The translations under genes and the position numbers were made by a program. The notes under the pieces were generated by a model, which ran no database searches, had not been told where the DNA came from, and worked only from the letters and a program-made list of their open reading frames with translations. A DNA stretch of 63,781 bases, the filler included, from Octopus bimaculoides (taxonomy: Eukaryota): the NCBI RefSeq assembly GCF_001194135.2. It is 5 parts of 5 records of this genome, joined end to end, with 100 filler letters (N's around TTAATTAATTAA, not from the genome) between each part and the next. Parts side by side here need not be neighbours in the genome. Positions count along the whole stretch, not along the records: positions 1 to 28,070 come from NC_068990.1; 4 more parts are not named here. One strand, given 5' to 3'. This document shows positions 1-13,200 of this stretch, piece after piece (the first letter of the stretch is position 1; each line of letters begins with the position of its first letter).

Positions 1-1330
1 ACCTTAGTAGATAAAGCAATTAAGAGTATGAAGACGGGGAAAGCCCCCGGCCCATCAAGAATCACCGCAGAGATGCTCAAAATATCTGGCAGTGTCAGCT
101 GTAGCCTAATCACCCATAAGTTAACCAGGTGACACATGAAGGAGTCATACCCAATGACTGGCACCATAGTCAACTGCTACAAAGGTAAAGGTGACGCTTT
201 AGATACAAATAATTACAGACGTATCAAGTTGTTGGATCAGGTAATGAAGGTCATGGAGAGGGTCATAGCCCAACTAATTAGGGAGAGAGTCAGTCTAGAT
301 GAAATGCAGTTTGGTTTCATGCCAGGAAAAAGCACCACTGATGCTATATTTCTGGTAAGACAGCTGCAGAAGAAATACCTGGCCAAAGATAAACCTTTGT
401 ATCTGGCTTTCGTTGACATGGAGAAAGCTTTTGACAGGGTACCCCGATCCTTTATCTGGTGGTCAATGAGGAAACTAGGGATAGATGAATGCTAGAATAA
501 AAATAGCCTGGGCAAAGTTCAGAGAGCTCCTACCTCTGCTGGTGACTCTCGCTCAGAGTAAAAGGTAGACTGTATGATGCATGTGTGCGAACTGCCATGC
601 TACATGGCAGTAAAACATGGGCTGTGACTGCTGAGGACATGTGTAAGCTTGCAAGGAATGAAGCCAGTATGCTCCGTTGGATGTGTTATATCAGTGTGCA
701 TACATGACAGAGTGTGAGCACCCTGAGAGAAATTTTGGATTTAAGAAGCATCAGATGTGGTGTGCAAGAGAGACGACTGTGCTGGTATGGTCATGTGTTG
801 CAAATGAATGAGGACAGCAGTGTGAAAATGTGTCACACCCTAGCAGTAAAATGAAACTGTGGAAGAGGTAGATCCAGGAAAACCTGGGATGAAGTGGTAG
901 CAAAGGGCCTATTGTATGATGTTTGTTTATGAACAGCTGCAGTACATGGCTGAGAAACATGGACTATGACTGCTAAGAACATGCAAAGGCTTGAAAGAAA
1001 TGAAGCCATGCTTTTCTGGATAGCTAATGTCAGTGTGCATGTATGATAATGTGTATATGATTTAAGAGAATAATTGGGTATACAAAGCATCAGATGTGCA
1101 AGAGAAAAGACTACTTTGGTATGGTCATGTGATGCATATCAATGAGGACGGCTTCACCAAGAAGTACCAATCTCTAATTGTGGAGGGAACATGTAGAAGT
1201 GGGAGACCCAGGAAGATGAGGAGCAAAGTGGTGAGAAAGGATCTTCAGATGTTGGGCCTCACAGAGGAGATGACAAGGGACCAAGACTTCTGACAATTTG
1301 CTGTGCTTGAGAAGACATGTGAAGCTAATT
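1..1330 (+). mobile_element. Degenerate RTE-clade LINE fragments (RT domain and two 3' ORF segments)
   Basis: YKGKGDALDTNNYRRIKLL...QFGFMPGKSTTDAIFLVRQLQKKYLAK...LAFVDMEKAFDRVP and RLLWYGHVMH motifs; stops and frameshifts. Confidence 0.9.
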
Positions 1331-2544
1331 AAAATCGTGGCTGTCCATGCACGCTGGCATATCCTCTACATCCTTCTCTCAGCTGAGGGATCCTAGTCTT
1401 GTGGGCAAGGTGCCATGTAAAAGCACTAGTGCTGGTGCCCTGTAAAAGTGCCTGTGCTGGTGCCATGTAAAAGCACCCATTCTGGTGCCATGTAGAAGCG
1501 TTCATGCCAGTGTCACATAAAAGCACTCACTACACTCTGTAAAGTGGTTGGTCTTAGGAAGGGCATCCAGCCACAGAAACATGCCAAAACAGACAAATGG
1601 AGCCTGGGCAGCTCTCCAGCTGGCCAACTGCTGTTAAACCATCCAACCCATGCCAGCATTAATAGATGTTAAAAAAAAAAAAGATGATATATATGTATGC
1701 ATAATTATTAATTTAACCTCCACGTTTCTGTGCTTGCATGGGTTGGCTGGAATTTTGTTGAGGCAGATACCCTTCCTATCACCAACTCTCACTTGTTTCC
1801 AGGCAAGGTAACATTTCCCCAAGATCAGAATTACACAATGTCAAGGCAAAAAGACAGAAACATGCACACAAACACACAATTACATACACACACTCATATA
1901 TACACATATACACACACACACACAGTGCTTCTTTTAGTTTCCATCTGCCAAAGGCTGGGGTTATAGTAGAAGACACTTGCCCAAGGTTCCACACAGTAGG
2001 ACTGAACCGAAAACAATGTTGTTGGGAAGAAAACTTCTCACAACACAGCCACTACAGCACCTATATATACATATGTGTATGTGGTTAGGAAGTTTGCTTG
2101 GGAACTTTGGGGGTTCTGTCTCCACCACATGAACATTATTCTGTATTACAGCTGCAGGTCAACCTATACTTTCTGAGTGAAATTGATAGACAGAAACTGA
2201 AGAAACGTGTGTGTGTGTGTCTGTGAGACATGTGAGTCCAAGTGTTTGATTTCTCCTTGTTTTTACCTGCTTAAATTCTGTAAACACAGTATTGTATGCT
2301 TACAGTGAACCACAAAAGCATATCCAGGCTTCTTGACATGTTACACAATCTTTGTTTGGGCTGTTTTGTTATTAAACAGACTGGGTAAAATATAAAATTG
2401 TTTGAGAACAGGTGAAGGCTGGTGAAGAAAGTGCATCCGGCTGCAGAAAATCTTCCTGAATGAAGTCCCTCTGCCTCATGTGAGAATGGAAGAGTGGACA
2501 TTAAAACGAAGATGATGATGGTGTATGTATGTTGCGAGTGTGTT

Positions 2545-2932
2545 GTTGTTGTTGGCACTCTGTCGCTTACGACGTCGAGGGTTCCAGTTGATCCAATCAA
2601 CGGAACAGCCTGCTCGTGAAATTAACGTGCAAGTGGCTGAGCACTCCACAGACACGTGTACCTTTAACGTAGTTCTCGGGGATATTCAGCGAGACACAAT
2701 GTGACAAGGCTGACCCTTTGAATTACAGGCACAACAGAAACAGGAAGTAAGAGTGAGAGAAAGTTGTGGTGAAAAGAGTACAGCAGGGTTCGTCACCATC
2801 CCCTGCAGGAGCCTCGTGGAGCTTTTAGGTGTTTTCGCTCAATAAACACTCACAACGCCAGGTCTGAGAACCGAAACCGCGATCCTATGACCACGAGTCC
2901 GCTGCCCTAACCACTGGGCCATTGCGCCTCCA
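2545..2932 (-). mobile_element. tRNA-derived SINE
   Basis: Minus-strand head GGAGGCGCAATGGCCCAGTGGTTAGGGCAGCGGACTC...GGTTTCGGTTCT (A/B-box-like); body matches the fragment at 29980-30075; (CAA/CAT)n tail. Confidence 0.8.
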
Positions 2933-3660
2933 CTGCGAGTGTGTATACAAGTGTAAAGTCTAAATGGTATATACACCCCAAGGGGAAACAACTCATGAAA
3001 GGGAATTAACTCAATTGATGAATTCAGCCACGTAATTAAACTGAGATCACATATTAAATATTAGGGACTCAATATAATTGATACCATAACAAGAATGCAG
3101 TACAATACCTGAAAGCAGTAAAAAGCTGAAAGAATAAATGTGAGAAATACATTTTTAACTTAGAGAAAATATTTTGAATTTCTTTTTTTTATAGTCAAAA
3201 TGATTAGGTTAAAGTAAGAGACTGATCTACAGTTCATTAGTATGAATCATCTGTTACTATTTTATGTTCCTGAGCAAGCAACAACGACTAAAGAACAAGT
3301 ATTACTCATATTTCATAGTTGACTGATTAATGGTTGGAAGGGCAACCATTTATGAAGAAATCATCTCGCCAATGGAAGCATGAAAATGGATAGGAACAAT
3401 AAAATATTATTATCATCACCGTTTTAACGTCCACTTTTCCATGCTTTTGCTTTGGTCAGGCAGAGTTCAATGAAGCAGATTTTCTACAGCCAGATGCCCT
3501 CCCTGTTGCTAACCCTTACCTATTTCTAAGATATTTCCTCAAGGCAAGATGTTTTCATAGAAGATTGGTAATGAATAACATTTATATAACAATCATGCAA
3601 TGTCAAGACCATGAGACACAAACATATTCACACACACAAATATATAAACATACATACATA

Positions 3661-3982
3661 TAGGCGTAGGAGTGGCTGTGTGGTAAGTAGCTTGCTTACC
3701 AATCACATGGTTCCGGGTTCAGTCCCACTGCGTGGCACCTTGGGCAAGTGTCTTCTACTATAGCCTCGGGCCGAGCAAAGCCTTGAGTGGATTTGGTAGA
3801 CAGAAACTGAAAGAAGCCCGTCGTATATATGTATATATATATGTGTGTGTGTGTGTATGTTTGTGTGTCTGTGTTTGTCCCCTCAACATCGCTTGACAAC
3901 CGATGCTGGTGTGTTTACGTCCCCGTAACTTAGCAGTTCGGCAAAAGAGACCGATAGAATAAGTACTAGGATTACAAAGAAT
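3661..3982 (+). mobile_element. CORE-type tRNA SINE with composite tail (further copies near 21045-21735, 28710-28845, 33425-33790, 44025-44375)
   Basis: TGGCTGTGTGGTAAG A-box, GGTTCAGTCCC B-box and CORE-like CCTTGGGCAAGTG, followed by a microsatellite and a recurrent tail. Confidence 0.8.
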
Positions 3983-4496
3983 NNNNNNNNNNNNNNNNNN
4001 NNNNNNNNNNNNNNNNNNNNNNNNNNNNNNNNNNNNNNNNNNNNNNNNNNNNNNNNNNNNNNNNNNNNNNNNNNNNNNNNNNNNNNNNNNNNNNNNNNNN
4101 NNNNNNNNNNNNNNNNNNNNNNNNNNNNNNNNNNNNNNNNNNNNNNNNNNNNNNNNNNNNNNNNNNNNNNNNNNNNNNNNNNNNNNNNNNNNNNNNNNNN
4201 NNNNNNNNNNNNNNNNNNNNNNNNNNNNNNNNNNNNNNNNNNNNNNNNNNNNNNNNNNNNNNNNNNNNNNNNNNNNNNNNNNNNNNNNNNNNNNNNNNNN
4301 NNNNNNNNNNNNNNNNNNNNNNNNNNNNNNNNNNNNNNNNNNNNNNNNNNNNNNNNNNNNNNNNNNNNNNNNNNNNNNNNNGACTAAAACCATTCAAAGT
4401 AGTACTGCAGCATGACTGCAGTCAAATGACTGACACAAGTAAAAGATATATATATAGATATACTAGACTATCCATGACTCGAGTCACCAATAGTTC

Positions 4497-5170
4497 AAGG
4501 TACCCGAAAAAACGCATATCTTGCGAACCAATTAAGGTGAAACTTGTTTTACTCTGTATTCACATTTCAATGGTACCGTACTTTCAATGCATTTTTCTCA
4601 TTATGTGCCGGTTTGGCTATTTATAAAGGTACCCGTAAAAACCGCATATCTCGGGAACCTGTGGTCCAATTTATGCGAAACTTGTTTTATTCCATTTGTA
4701 TTCACATTTCAATGGTACCTTGGCTGTTTTAAATTACAGACAAGCACACAAGCAGGCAATCATAAAGGTACCCAAAAAAAGCGCATATCTTGGGAACCCG
4801 TAGTCTGATTTACGTGAAACTTGCCTTATTCCGTTTATATTCCCATTTCAGGGGCACCTTACTTTCAGAATATTTTCCCATTATGCACCAGTTTGGCTGT
4901 TTTAAATTACAGACAAGCACACATGCAAGCAAGCACGCAAACAAAACTATCCAGGTGTTCACAGTAAAGGGCAATAACTCCAGGTTTAACAGCTTAAATT
5001 TGTGGAAATAAACCCCAAAAAGAATATGTATCTCAGGAATCTGTGGTCTGATTTATGCAAAACTTGTTTTATTCCGTTTGTATTCCAATTTCAGGGGCAT
5101 CCTTACTTTCAGAGTATTTTCCCATTATGTGCCAGTTTGGCTGTATTAAATTACATACAAGCACACAAGC
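4497..5170. repeat. Degenerate tandem repeat, four units of ~130-250 bp
   Basis: Recurring GGTACCC..AAAA.CGCATATCT.G.GAACC...GAAACTTG...GTTTGGCTG..TTAAATTACAGACAAGCACAC. Confidence 0.75.
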
Positions 5171-5200
5171 AAGCAATCACAGAGATTTAGTAGTATATAG

Positions 5201-5231
<31 letters not shown>

Positions 5232-5462
5232 ACATGTTTCTTTCAGTCTATCAAATCCACTTACAAGCCTTTGGTTAACCCAGGGCTATAGTAGAAGACA
5301 CTAGGTTCCACAAGGTTCCACACAGTGGGACTGAACTTGAAACCATGTGGTTGAAAGCAAACTTCTTAACTATAGAGCCATGCCTGCAGCTAGCAAAGAA
5401 GGAAAATAAAATATGATCAACTATTCAACTGAATAAAAAAAACTTTCAAATATTTATGTTGT

Positions 5463-5468
5463 TTTATT
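5463..5468 (-). terminator. Candidate polyadenylation signal AATAAA for MOCS2
   Basis: AATAAA on the minus strand about 75 nt after the MOCS2B stop; AT-rich context makes chance occurrence possible. Confidence 0.35.
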
Positions 5469-5543
5469 CCCTTTTAAAATATTGGATATTGTTTAGAAAA
5501 ACTGTTTATCATAAAAAATAAATTGTTAGAGCATTTTGAAATG

Positions 5544-5615
5544 TCAACATCCTTCCTTCTTCCAAAAGCATTCTGCATTTTCCTTCCACTCAGGTGAACT
5601 GTTCCGATAAAGTTC
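5544..5615 (-). CDS. MOCS2: MOCS2B last coding exon (ELYRNSSPEWKENAECFWKKEGC*)
   Basis: Polypyrimidine ...TTTTTTCCAG acceptor, phase 0. Continues ...VPIWKK from the upstream exon and resembles the human MOCS2B C-terminus (EIYEESSTWKGNKECFW). TGA at 5544-5546. Confidence 0.92.
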   Translation of the reverse strand, partial: ELYRNSSPEWKENAECFWKKEGC

Positions 5616-6278
5616 CTGGAAAAAATTAAGAAATGTAAAGAATTCTATAAACATATGAAATTAATAGCAGCTAAACTAGTAGACACAATTAATTGCAATG
5701 ATTCTCCCCCTACCCACATTTTACATTTATCTATTTATTAATTTTTTATGTCATAATGACTAAAGTAAGCAGATATTAAACTTTACAATATGTCATGTCT
5801 GCATTTATCAGTCTGAAGATGACTTATTCACAATAAAATAAATTAAATCATGACTTTGTAGTTACATAGTTCACTTCACAACCATCGGTTTCAGCTTCAG
5901 TCTCACTATTCAGTAACTTGGGTAAGTGACCAGAAGCGTAGATTGGCCATCTTGACTAAGAAGTTCTTTATACAACCACTGAATTTTGGGTTCAACCCTA
6001 CTGCACTGCACCTTAGGTACAGTCATGGCTGTATGGCTAAGAAATATATGCCCAACTGATTTGGGGTTCAACCCCTTGATCAAGTATTTTCTGATACAGA
6101 TCTGGGACAGCCAATGCCTTGTGAGTGAAAAGTAAATGGAGAGAGAGAGAGAGAGAGAGAGTTTGAGAGAGTGTAAGAGAAAGAGGGAGAGATTTTGCTA
6201 TTTTTTAGAACTGCATTTCTCTGAAAATTTGCTGAGCTACAAGACATGGCTGTCGTGTTTTTAAACCTGTCAAAAAAC

Positions 6279-6383
6279 TGTCCACTGCCTCAACACTTCA
6301 AAGACCCTTATTTTGTCTACTGCCTCAACACTTCAAAGACCCTTATTTTGTCCACTGCCTCAACACTTCAAAGACCCTTATTT
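6279..6383. repeat. 35-bp minisatellite x3
   Basis: TGTCCACTGCCTCAACACTTCAAAGACCCTTATTT three times with one substitution. Confidence 0.95.
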
Positions 6384-8164
6384 AGAAAACAGGTTAGGAT
6401 TAGAGACACAAAGGGTATCCTGCTGTTAGACAATACTTCAATAATATGTCATCTAGCCCCATATTGGCATGGAAAATGGATGTAAAAACAAATGAATGAA
6501 TATGCATTTAAACCTGTTGTAGTCATTTCAGCATTCAAGAATTCCTCAGCCCTTCCTCTTTGTATGACACCTATTCAATCCATCAGGGTCACCAATTGAG
6601 ACCCGAGCCAGTCTTAATAATCTTCCCTCTGACTGAGGAAATGACATACAGTTTACTCATCTTGTTATTTTCTCTGTTTCCCTCCACTCCAATTACAAAC
6701 CAACAAGAATTGAAAAGCATCTTCAGTCACTGAGAATGAGACCCATCTAGAAATTTAGCTTTCCTCTCCAGCTCAGAAACTCTTATCGGTCTAAAAGGGA
6801 TTTGACCCTAAAACACAGAAGAGACATTTATTAGATCCATAAACTACAGTAGAGGAACCCATATCAGAAAGCAGCCACCCTAAAGTAAAATTGATACATA
6901 TCAAGAAGTCTCTTAATCCTGCAAGTCAATCTAGTATCAGTGGCAATATGGATATACCTAGGTAGCTTTCAGAGTGGATGAGGAAAGGAAAGGTATCATC
7001 ATCATCATTGAACGTCTATGTTCCGTGCTAGCATGGGTGGGACGGTACCACAAGAGCCAGCCAGGCCAAAGCCTGCACCGGACTTCTGTGACCGTTTTGG
7101 CAGGGTTTTTACAGCTAGATGCCCTTCCTAACACTAACCACTCAGCAGAGTGGACTTAGTGCTTTTTACGTGGCACAAGCACAGGCGAGGTCAGTTTTAG
7201 AAAGGTTTTTACAGCTGGTATCTAACTGTAAAACTTTTGGTAATTAACAGTGTAGCGTAGCACATTAAATTAGTATTGCAAACATAGTATTTGTGGGGTG
7301 TTAGGTATGTTCAATCATAACTTTCAACAAATGTTTTCTTTTTCAGGCTCTTAATTTCAGGTTCAACACTACATGATGACAAGAAGATTTGGTGTAATAG
7401 AAAAGGAGATATTAGAACAAAGGTGAGTGCAAGAATGTCATGCATAAGAAATATAATGCAGAGGTGAGTATTATTTTGTGTATAAGAAGTCAAATACAAA
7501 TGTACTTCAACCACATTCCTCAAAGACAAAATACACATCTTCTGGATGAGTAAACTGAAGATACCAGAATAGGTGGCAGAATTATTAAACTGAGTAATAG
7601 GCAATATGATATAATGTCTTTGTTGTCTTATGATATCCTACTAATAGGATTATCTATATGAAGTAAAGAACTGGTTTTAATAGGCCTTTAATGCAAGCTC
7701 CTTTCGGAATTGACAACAGCAAAAATAGCCAGCAATTAAATAGTCTTGTTGGTGTCAAGAGATCAGTCTTTGCAATTGGTAACAGTCTACATTATGAGAG
7801 ACATGTAGTGGAGTAGGAGGATGTGTATGTGAGATAGGGGGGAGGAGAGAGAGAGAGAGGGTCAAGGTGTGCACAGGGTAGAATTGGAAACAAAATAGCC
7901 TGTAAAAAATTTCATAGATTTATGAAAATTAAAAAAAAGCGTTTTACCAATATAATTTTCTCCCATCTACAAATGGTTTATAAACCTCAGCCTAGTGATG
8001 CCCAATTCATAGCCTTAATAAATTCCTTGACCAACCTTGAAAACCCATAAAAATATATAATTACTAGTATAGTAACCAGTATGTTGCTTTAAGATAGCTA
8101 TAGGAATCTTCAACATAAGTGATATTTAGGAAATAAAAGCCTTCACAGATTCACTGATAACTCA

Positions 8165-8450
8165 ATGGAATTTCAGTTCTTAGTCCTCTCCTTTTCATCA
8201 TCCTTCAGGCTATAACAGAGAAATTCAAGACTGGCTGTCCATGAAAACTGCTAATGACCTTGCTATCATAGCAGATTCTGTTTCAGAGCAAGAAAAGAAA
8301 TTCCAAGTGTGGAAACAAAACCTGGAATTGAAGGGGCTTAACACTAACTTAGCAAAGACTAAGGTCTTGATAAGCAGGAAAACAGACAGGATCCTACTCA
8401 CTTCAGGTAAATGGTCCTGCTTGTTATGTAAGAAAAGAGTAGGCAGGTTG
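8165..8450 (+). mobile_element. RTE LINE RT fragment
   Basis: ANDLAIIADSVSEQEKKFQVWKQNLELKGLNTNLAKTKVL, homologous to the other RTE copies. Confidence 0.8.
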
Positions 8451-8561
8451 TGAAACATGAACAGAGTACTGAACATTAGGTTGATCAAAACTTTACCAAT
8501 ATCTGTGTGTATGCATTTGTGTGTGCATGCATGTGTGTGTGTGCATATGTGTATGTGTTAC

Positions 8562-8685
8562 CTTTTTCCAAATAGGCACTACAGCCTTCAGTGTATTAAT
8601 GGCATATTGAACTGCTTCAAGAGATTCCTTGCGGTGTTCTGAAGAGATGGCTATGACAACACTTGCTTCAGCAACAGGGACTTCA
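8562..8685 (-). CDS. MOCS2: MOCS2B internal exon ([41 protein letters not shown])
   Basis: TTGCAG acceptor and GTAAC donor; 124 nt (phase 2 to 0). MoaE-family motifs ASV.IA.SS.HR and LK..VPIWKK. Confidence 0.96.
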
Positions 8686-10229
8686 CTGCAACAGGTGAGA
8701 AAGAATAAATATATTCATTAAATGGAAAAGTTTAGTAGATTAATTCACCAGTCTTAGTTGCAGCAAAGCTCAAGGAAAATAAAAATTATGTATTTAACTA
8801 TTTTGAAATATTTAAAAATATTACCTAGACAGTATTTTATAACAATATTTTTCTTTGAGTGTGTGTGTGTGTGTGTGTATGTGTGGACAGACAGCCAGAC
8901 AGACAGAAAATCTTCATCATCATCACCATTAAAATTTCATGTTCCACGCTCACATATATACATATGACAGGCTTCTTTTAGTTTCCAGATTAGAATTTGC
9001 TGTCACCAATTATCATCAACACTATTGCTTACATTCTTAGACAATTAAACTAAGGGAGATGAAATGGCAGGAAAACATAATGTCTTGTCATAAAGGAGAA
9101 GTAGATATTGTTAAACAACATACATGCAAAGTAGTATCAAACAGTTCCTGGAATAGTTATCCGACTATATATAAGGCAGGATGTGTGTGTGTGTGTGTAC
9201 GTAAATGTAGTTTATGCATGTCCACAAATTAGCACGCATGTCGCTCCAATTTTAGGAGGAGATTTGGAATGACTCTATGTGCATTTTCGTCAACTTTCTC
9301 TCTCAGAGGTACCCGCATATACCTGTAAAAATCAATTTTCAACCATAGCTTTTACCAATTTCGAAGTTTGCGCCTGAAGGAGAGAGAGAGAAATTGTATG
9401 TTTGTGAGAGGGAGGATGAAGGAGAGATACATTTTGTTTGCCAGCGTCTAACAGCATCTTAACAGTTGTGTGGTAAGCAGCAAACAAAAGGCAAAAAGAA
9501 AAAAATACCTTCTCTCTCTCTCTCTATCTCTCTCTCCCTCCCTTACACACACATGCCAGTTATCTCTCTTTCTTTCTCTCACACATGCAGCAACATTACA
9601 CACAAAACACATGTTGCCAAAAAGAAATAGACGCTATCTTTTTATAGTGAGTATGCAAGACAGAAAGTGTGGTGTGTATGTGAATTTCTTTTGTTAGTGT
9701 GAGAGAGCAGCATGTGTGTGTGTGTGTAAGACAGGGAGAGAGAGAAAGAAAGAAAGTAAGAGAGATAACTGGCATGTGTGTAAGAGAGGGAGAGAGATAG
9801 AGAGGGAGAGCACGCTCTCTCTATCTCTTTCGCATTCTTTCCCAACACTTTTTATGGAAACTGCCGAATTGATGTAAACAAACCCATGTGGTCTGATTTT
9901 CACGTTTCTAGGTATTGTACCGTAAATCGCCATTTTCAAAATATATTTATTTTAAATCATTTATCCGTATATATATGTAAGGCAAGATGTGTGTGTTTTG
10001 TTGATATACGGGCAACACACACACACACATATGAACATGTATGCGTACAAAAAATATGTATGCAACTGGTGTACATACGTGCGTGTGTGTATGTGTGTGT
10101 GTTGCTCATATATAAATATATATATATATATATAGATAGATAGATAGACATTAGAACACAACACAGTCCTTGAACATGTCAGATCCTGCCACACTGCTCA
10201 AACCATGCCAGCTTGGAAGAGGGACATTA

Positions 10230-13200
10230 GATGATGATGATGATCATCATCATTGTTTAACATTCACTTTCCATGCTAGCATGAGTTGGACGGTTTGACT
10301 GAGGACTGGCAAGTCAGGAGGCTGCAACAGGCTCCAATCTGATCTGGCAAGGTTTCTACAACTGGATGCCCTTACTAATGCTAACCACTTTGAGAGTGTA
10401 GTGGATGCTTTTTACGAGCAACCAGCAGGGGGGTCCAATGAAGCACCACTGGCATCAACCACAATCAAATGGTACTTATTACATGCCACTGGCACAGGAG
10501 CCAGTCAGGTGGCACTGGCATCAACTTCACTCGAATGGTGCTTTTTCCATGCCACCAGCAGGGGTGCCAGTCAGGCAGTACTGGCATCAGCCACGACAGC
10601 AATTTTACTTGACTCAATAGGTCTTCTCAAGTACAGCACATTGTCCGACGATTGAAGGGAACTCTTAAATGGGCTGGTTATGCAACACTGGCATAGGCCG
10701 TAGCTACGATCTCACTTAGCTTGTTGGGTCTTCTCAAACACAGCATATCTCCAAAGGTCTCGATTGTTTGTCATTGCCTCAGTGTGGCCCAAAGTTCAAA
10801 GGTTGCGCTTCACCACCTTATCTCAGGTCTTCCTGGGTCTACCTCTTCCACAGTTAGAGATCAGCACTTCTTTACACAGCTGTCCTCATCCACATGTAAC
10901 ACATGACCATACCAGCACAGTCATCTTTCTTGCACACCACATCTGATGCTTCTTGTATCCAACTTTTCTCTCAGGGTGCTTACACTCTGCCGTGTATGCA
11001 CACTGACATTACACATCCAGTGGAGCATACTAACTTCATTTCTTTCAAGCCTACACATGTCCTCAGCAGTCACAGCCCATGTTTCACTGCCATGTAGCAT
11101 GGCTGTTCACACACATGCATCATACAGTCTACTTTTCACTCTGAGTGAGAGGCCCTTTGTTACCAGCAGAGGTAAGACCTGTCTGAACTTTGCCTAGGCT
11201 ATTGTTATTCTAGCAGCTATGCTCTCAGAGCATCCACCCCTACTGCCGACTTGGTCACCTAGATAATGGAAGCTATCAACTACTTCTCGTTTTTCCCCTT
11301 GACATGTGATGGAAGCTGTTCTCTGCACAGTTTCAGTGTTTATTGCCCCTGTACATCTGCCACACACAAAAACTATCTTCCCAGTTAACCTTCCTTTGAT
11401 ATTGCTGCACCTCTTATGTGTCCATAGCTTTCACCAGGTACATCTTATGACGTTTCTACCTACACCTTTCCTACAGATCGAGCAGGGCCATCTACCTGAA
11501 GGGATTTATGGATTGTCTGCCTTCCTACTTACTACTTACAACTTAGGTTTTTGCTAGATTGACTCTAAGGCCCTTTGATTCTAGACCTTGCTTCCACACT
11601 TGAAACTTCTCTAGATCTGGTAGTGACTCAGTTATTAGAGCAAGGTCATCAGCATAAAGGAGTTCCCAGGGGTAGCCTGTTTTCAATTCCTCTGTTATTG
11701 CCTGGAAGACTATGATAAATAAGAGGAGGCTGAGGACTGATCCTTGATGGATCTGTATTCATACTTGGAATTCTTCACTATAATCTTTGCCAACCCTCAC
11801 CTTACTGACAGTGTGTCTATACATAGCTTGTACAGCCCTCACTAACCACTCGTCTATCCTTATTTTTTACATTGACCACCAGATAAGGGATCAAGAGACC
11901 CTGTCAAAGGCTTTCTCCATGTCAACGGAAGCCAAGTACAGAGGTTTATCTTTGGCTAGGGATTTCTCCTGCAGCTGTCTTACCAGAAATATAGCATCAG
12001 TGGGGCTTCTCCCTGGCACAAGCCCAAACTGCATCTCATCTAAACTAACTCTCCCTGATTAGTTGGGCTATGACCCTCTCCGTGACTTTCATCACCTGAT
12101 CCAACAATTTGATACTTCTGTAATTATTCCTATCTAATGCGTCACCTTTCCCTTTGTAGCAGTTGACTATGGTGCTGCTATACCAGTCATTGGATACAAC
12201 TCCTTCATGTATCACCTGGTTGACTATACAGGTGACTAGACTATAGCATACACTACCAGATATTTTAAGCATCTCTGCAGTGATTTCTGACAGGCCGGGG
12301 CTTTCCCGGTCTTCATACCCTTAATTGCTTTATCTACCATGGTATTGTCAACTCAGATAGCTGGTCCCTCTGTTGGGTTGACATTCTCTCATTCATTCTC
12401 TTCATTTAGCAACCTTTCATAATGCGTCACTCTCTTTGCAGAATCATTAAATGCAAGTGAGCTATCATTCATGCGGACATATTTCTCTCCTATGATATCA
12501 CGATTCTCTCTCACACAGTCTTGCAATACGAAATACTTCAAGTCTTTGGTCCTTACAATGCAGAACATTGGCAAACATTTTCTTATCTGCTTCCCCTCTG
12601 GCTAAGTAAACCTTAAACCTCTCTCCTAGCTTCCCTACTGATAATCTGTACAGTTCCCTGCTATCTTCACACTTCCAGTCCTTCCATGCCTGTTTCTTTT
12701 CCCTAATAGCCCTGTCAACTACATTGTTCCACCACCATGTTACTTTAGTACAAGAGGGGACTTTGTACCATCCACAGATCTGATCAGTAACCTTCAACAG
12801 GTTATCCCATAGGAACCTCCAGATGCTCTATCCTCCTCATTTGCATCAAAAGCTTCAAGTAATACGTCTCTAAATCTCTGTCCATTTACAGGATCTTTAA
12901 GCTTTCAGACCCTTCTTTTCCATGCTGGTCGTCTTCTGAGCAGCCATTTATCCCTGATCCTGAAGTCGCTAACTTCTAACCTATGTTGTGGGGGTACATT
13001 CTTCCTCAGGAAGGTTTTGAAATGTATAAGTAGCCATCTTTCCTGTTTCCTGGCTAGTGTGTCCACCAGACTAGTAAGTGAACAGGTGACTGGCAGGTTT
13101 CCTGAAGTTAACATTACAGATCATAAGATCATTTGCATCACAGAACTCCAGCAGCCTGGTTCCCTCCTCCTCCTCCTCATCATCATCATCGTTTAACGTC

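Noticed and set aside
2860-2932. tRNA gene
   Set aside because: tRNA-like head continues into a SINE body and tail; no complete cloverleaf.
3061-3108. Alternative last exon for MOCS2B (VLYCILVMVSIILSP*)
   Set aside because: Phase-compatible acceptor, but it would remove the conserved E.Y...WK.N.E C-terminus; no other support.
6279-6383. 35-bp direct repeats as a CRISPR array
   Set aside because: Head-to-tail with no spacers, eukaryotic context, no cas genes.
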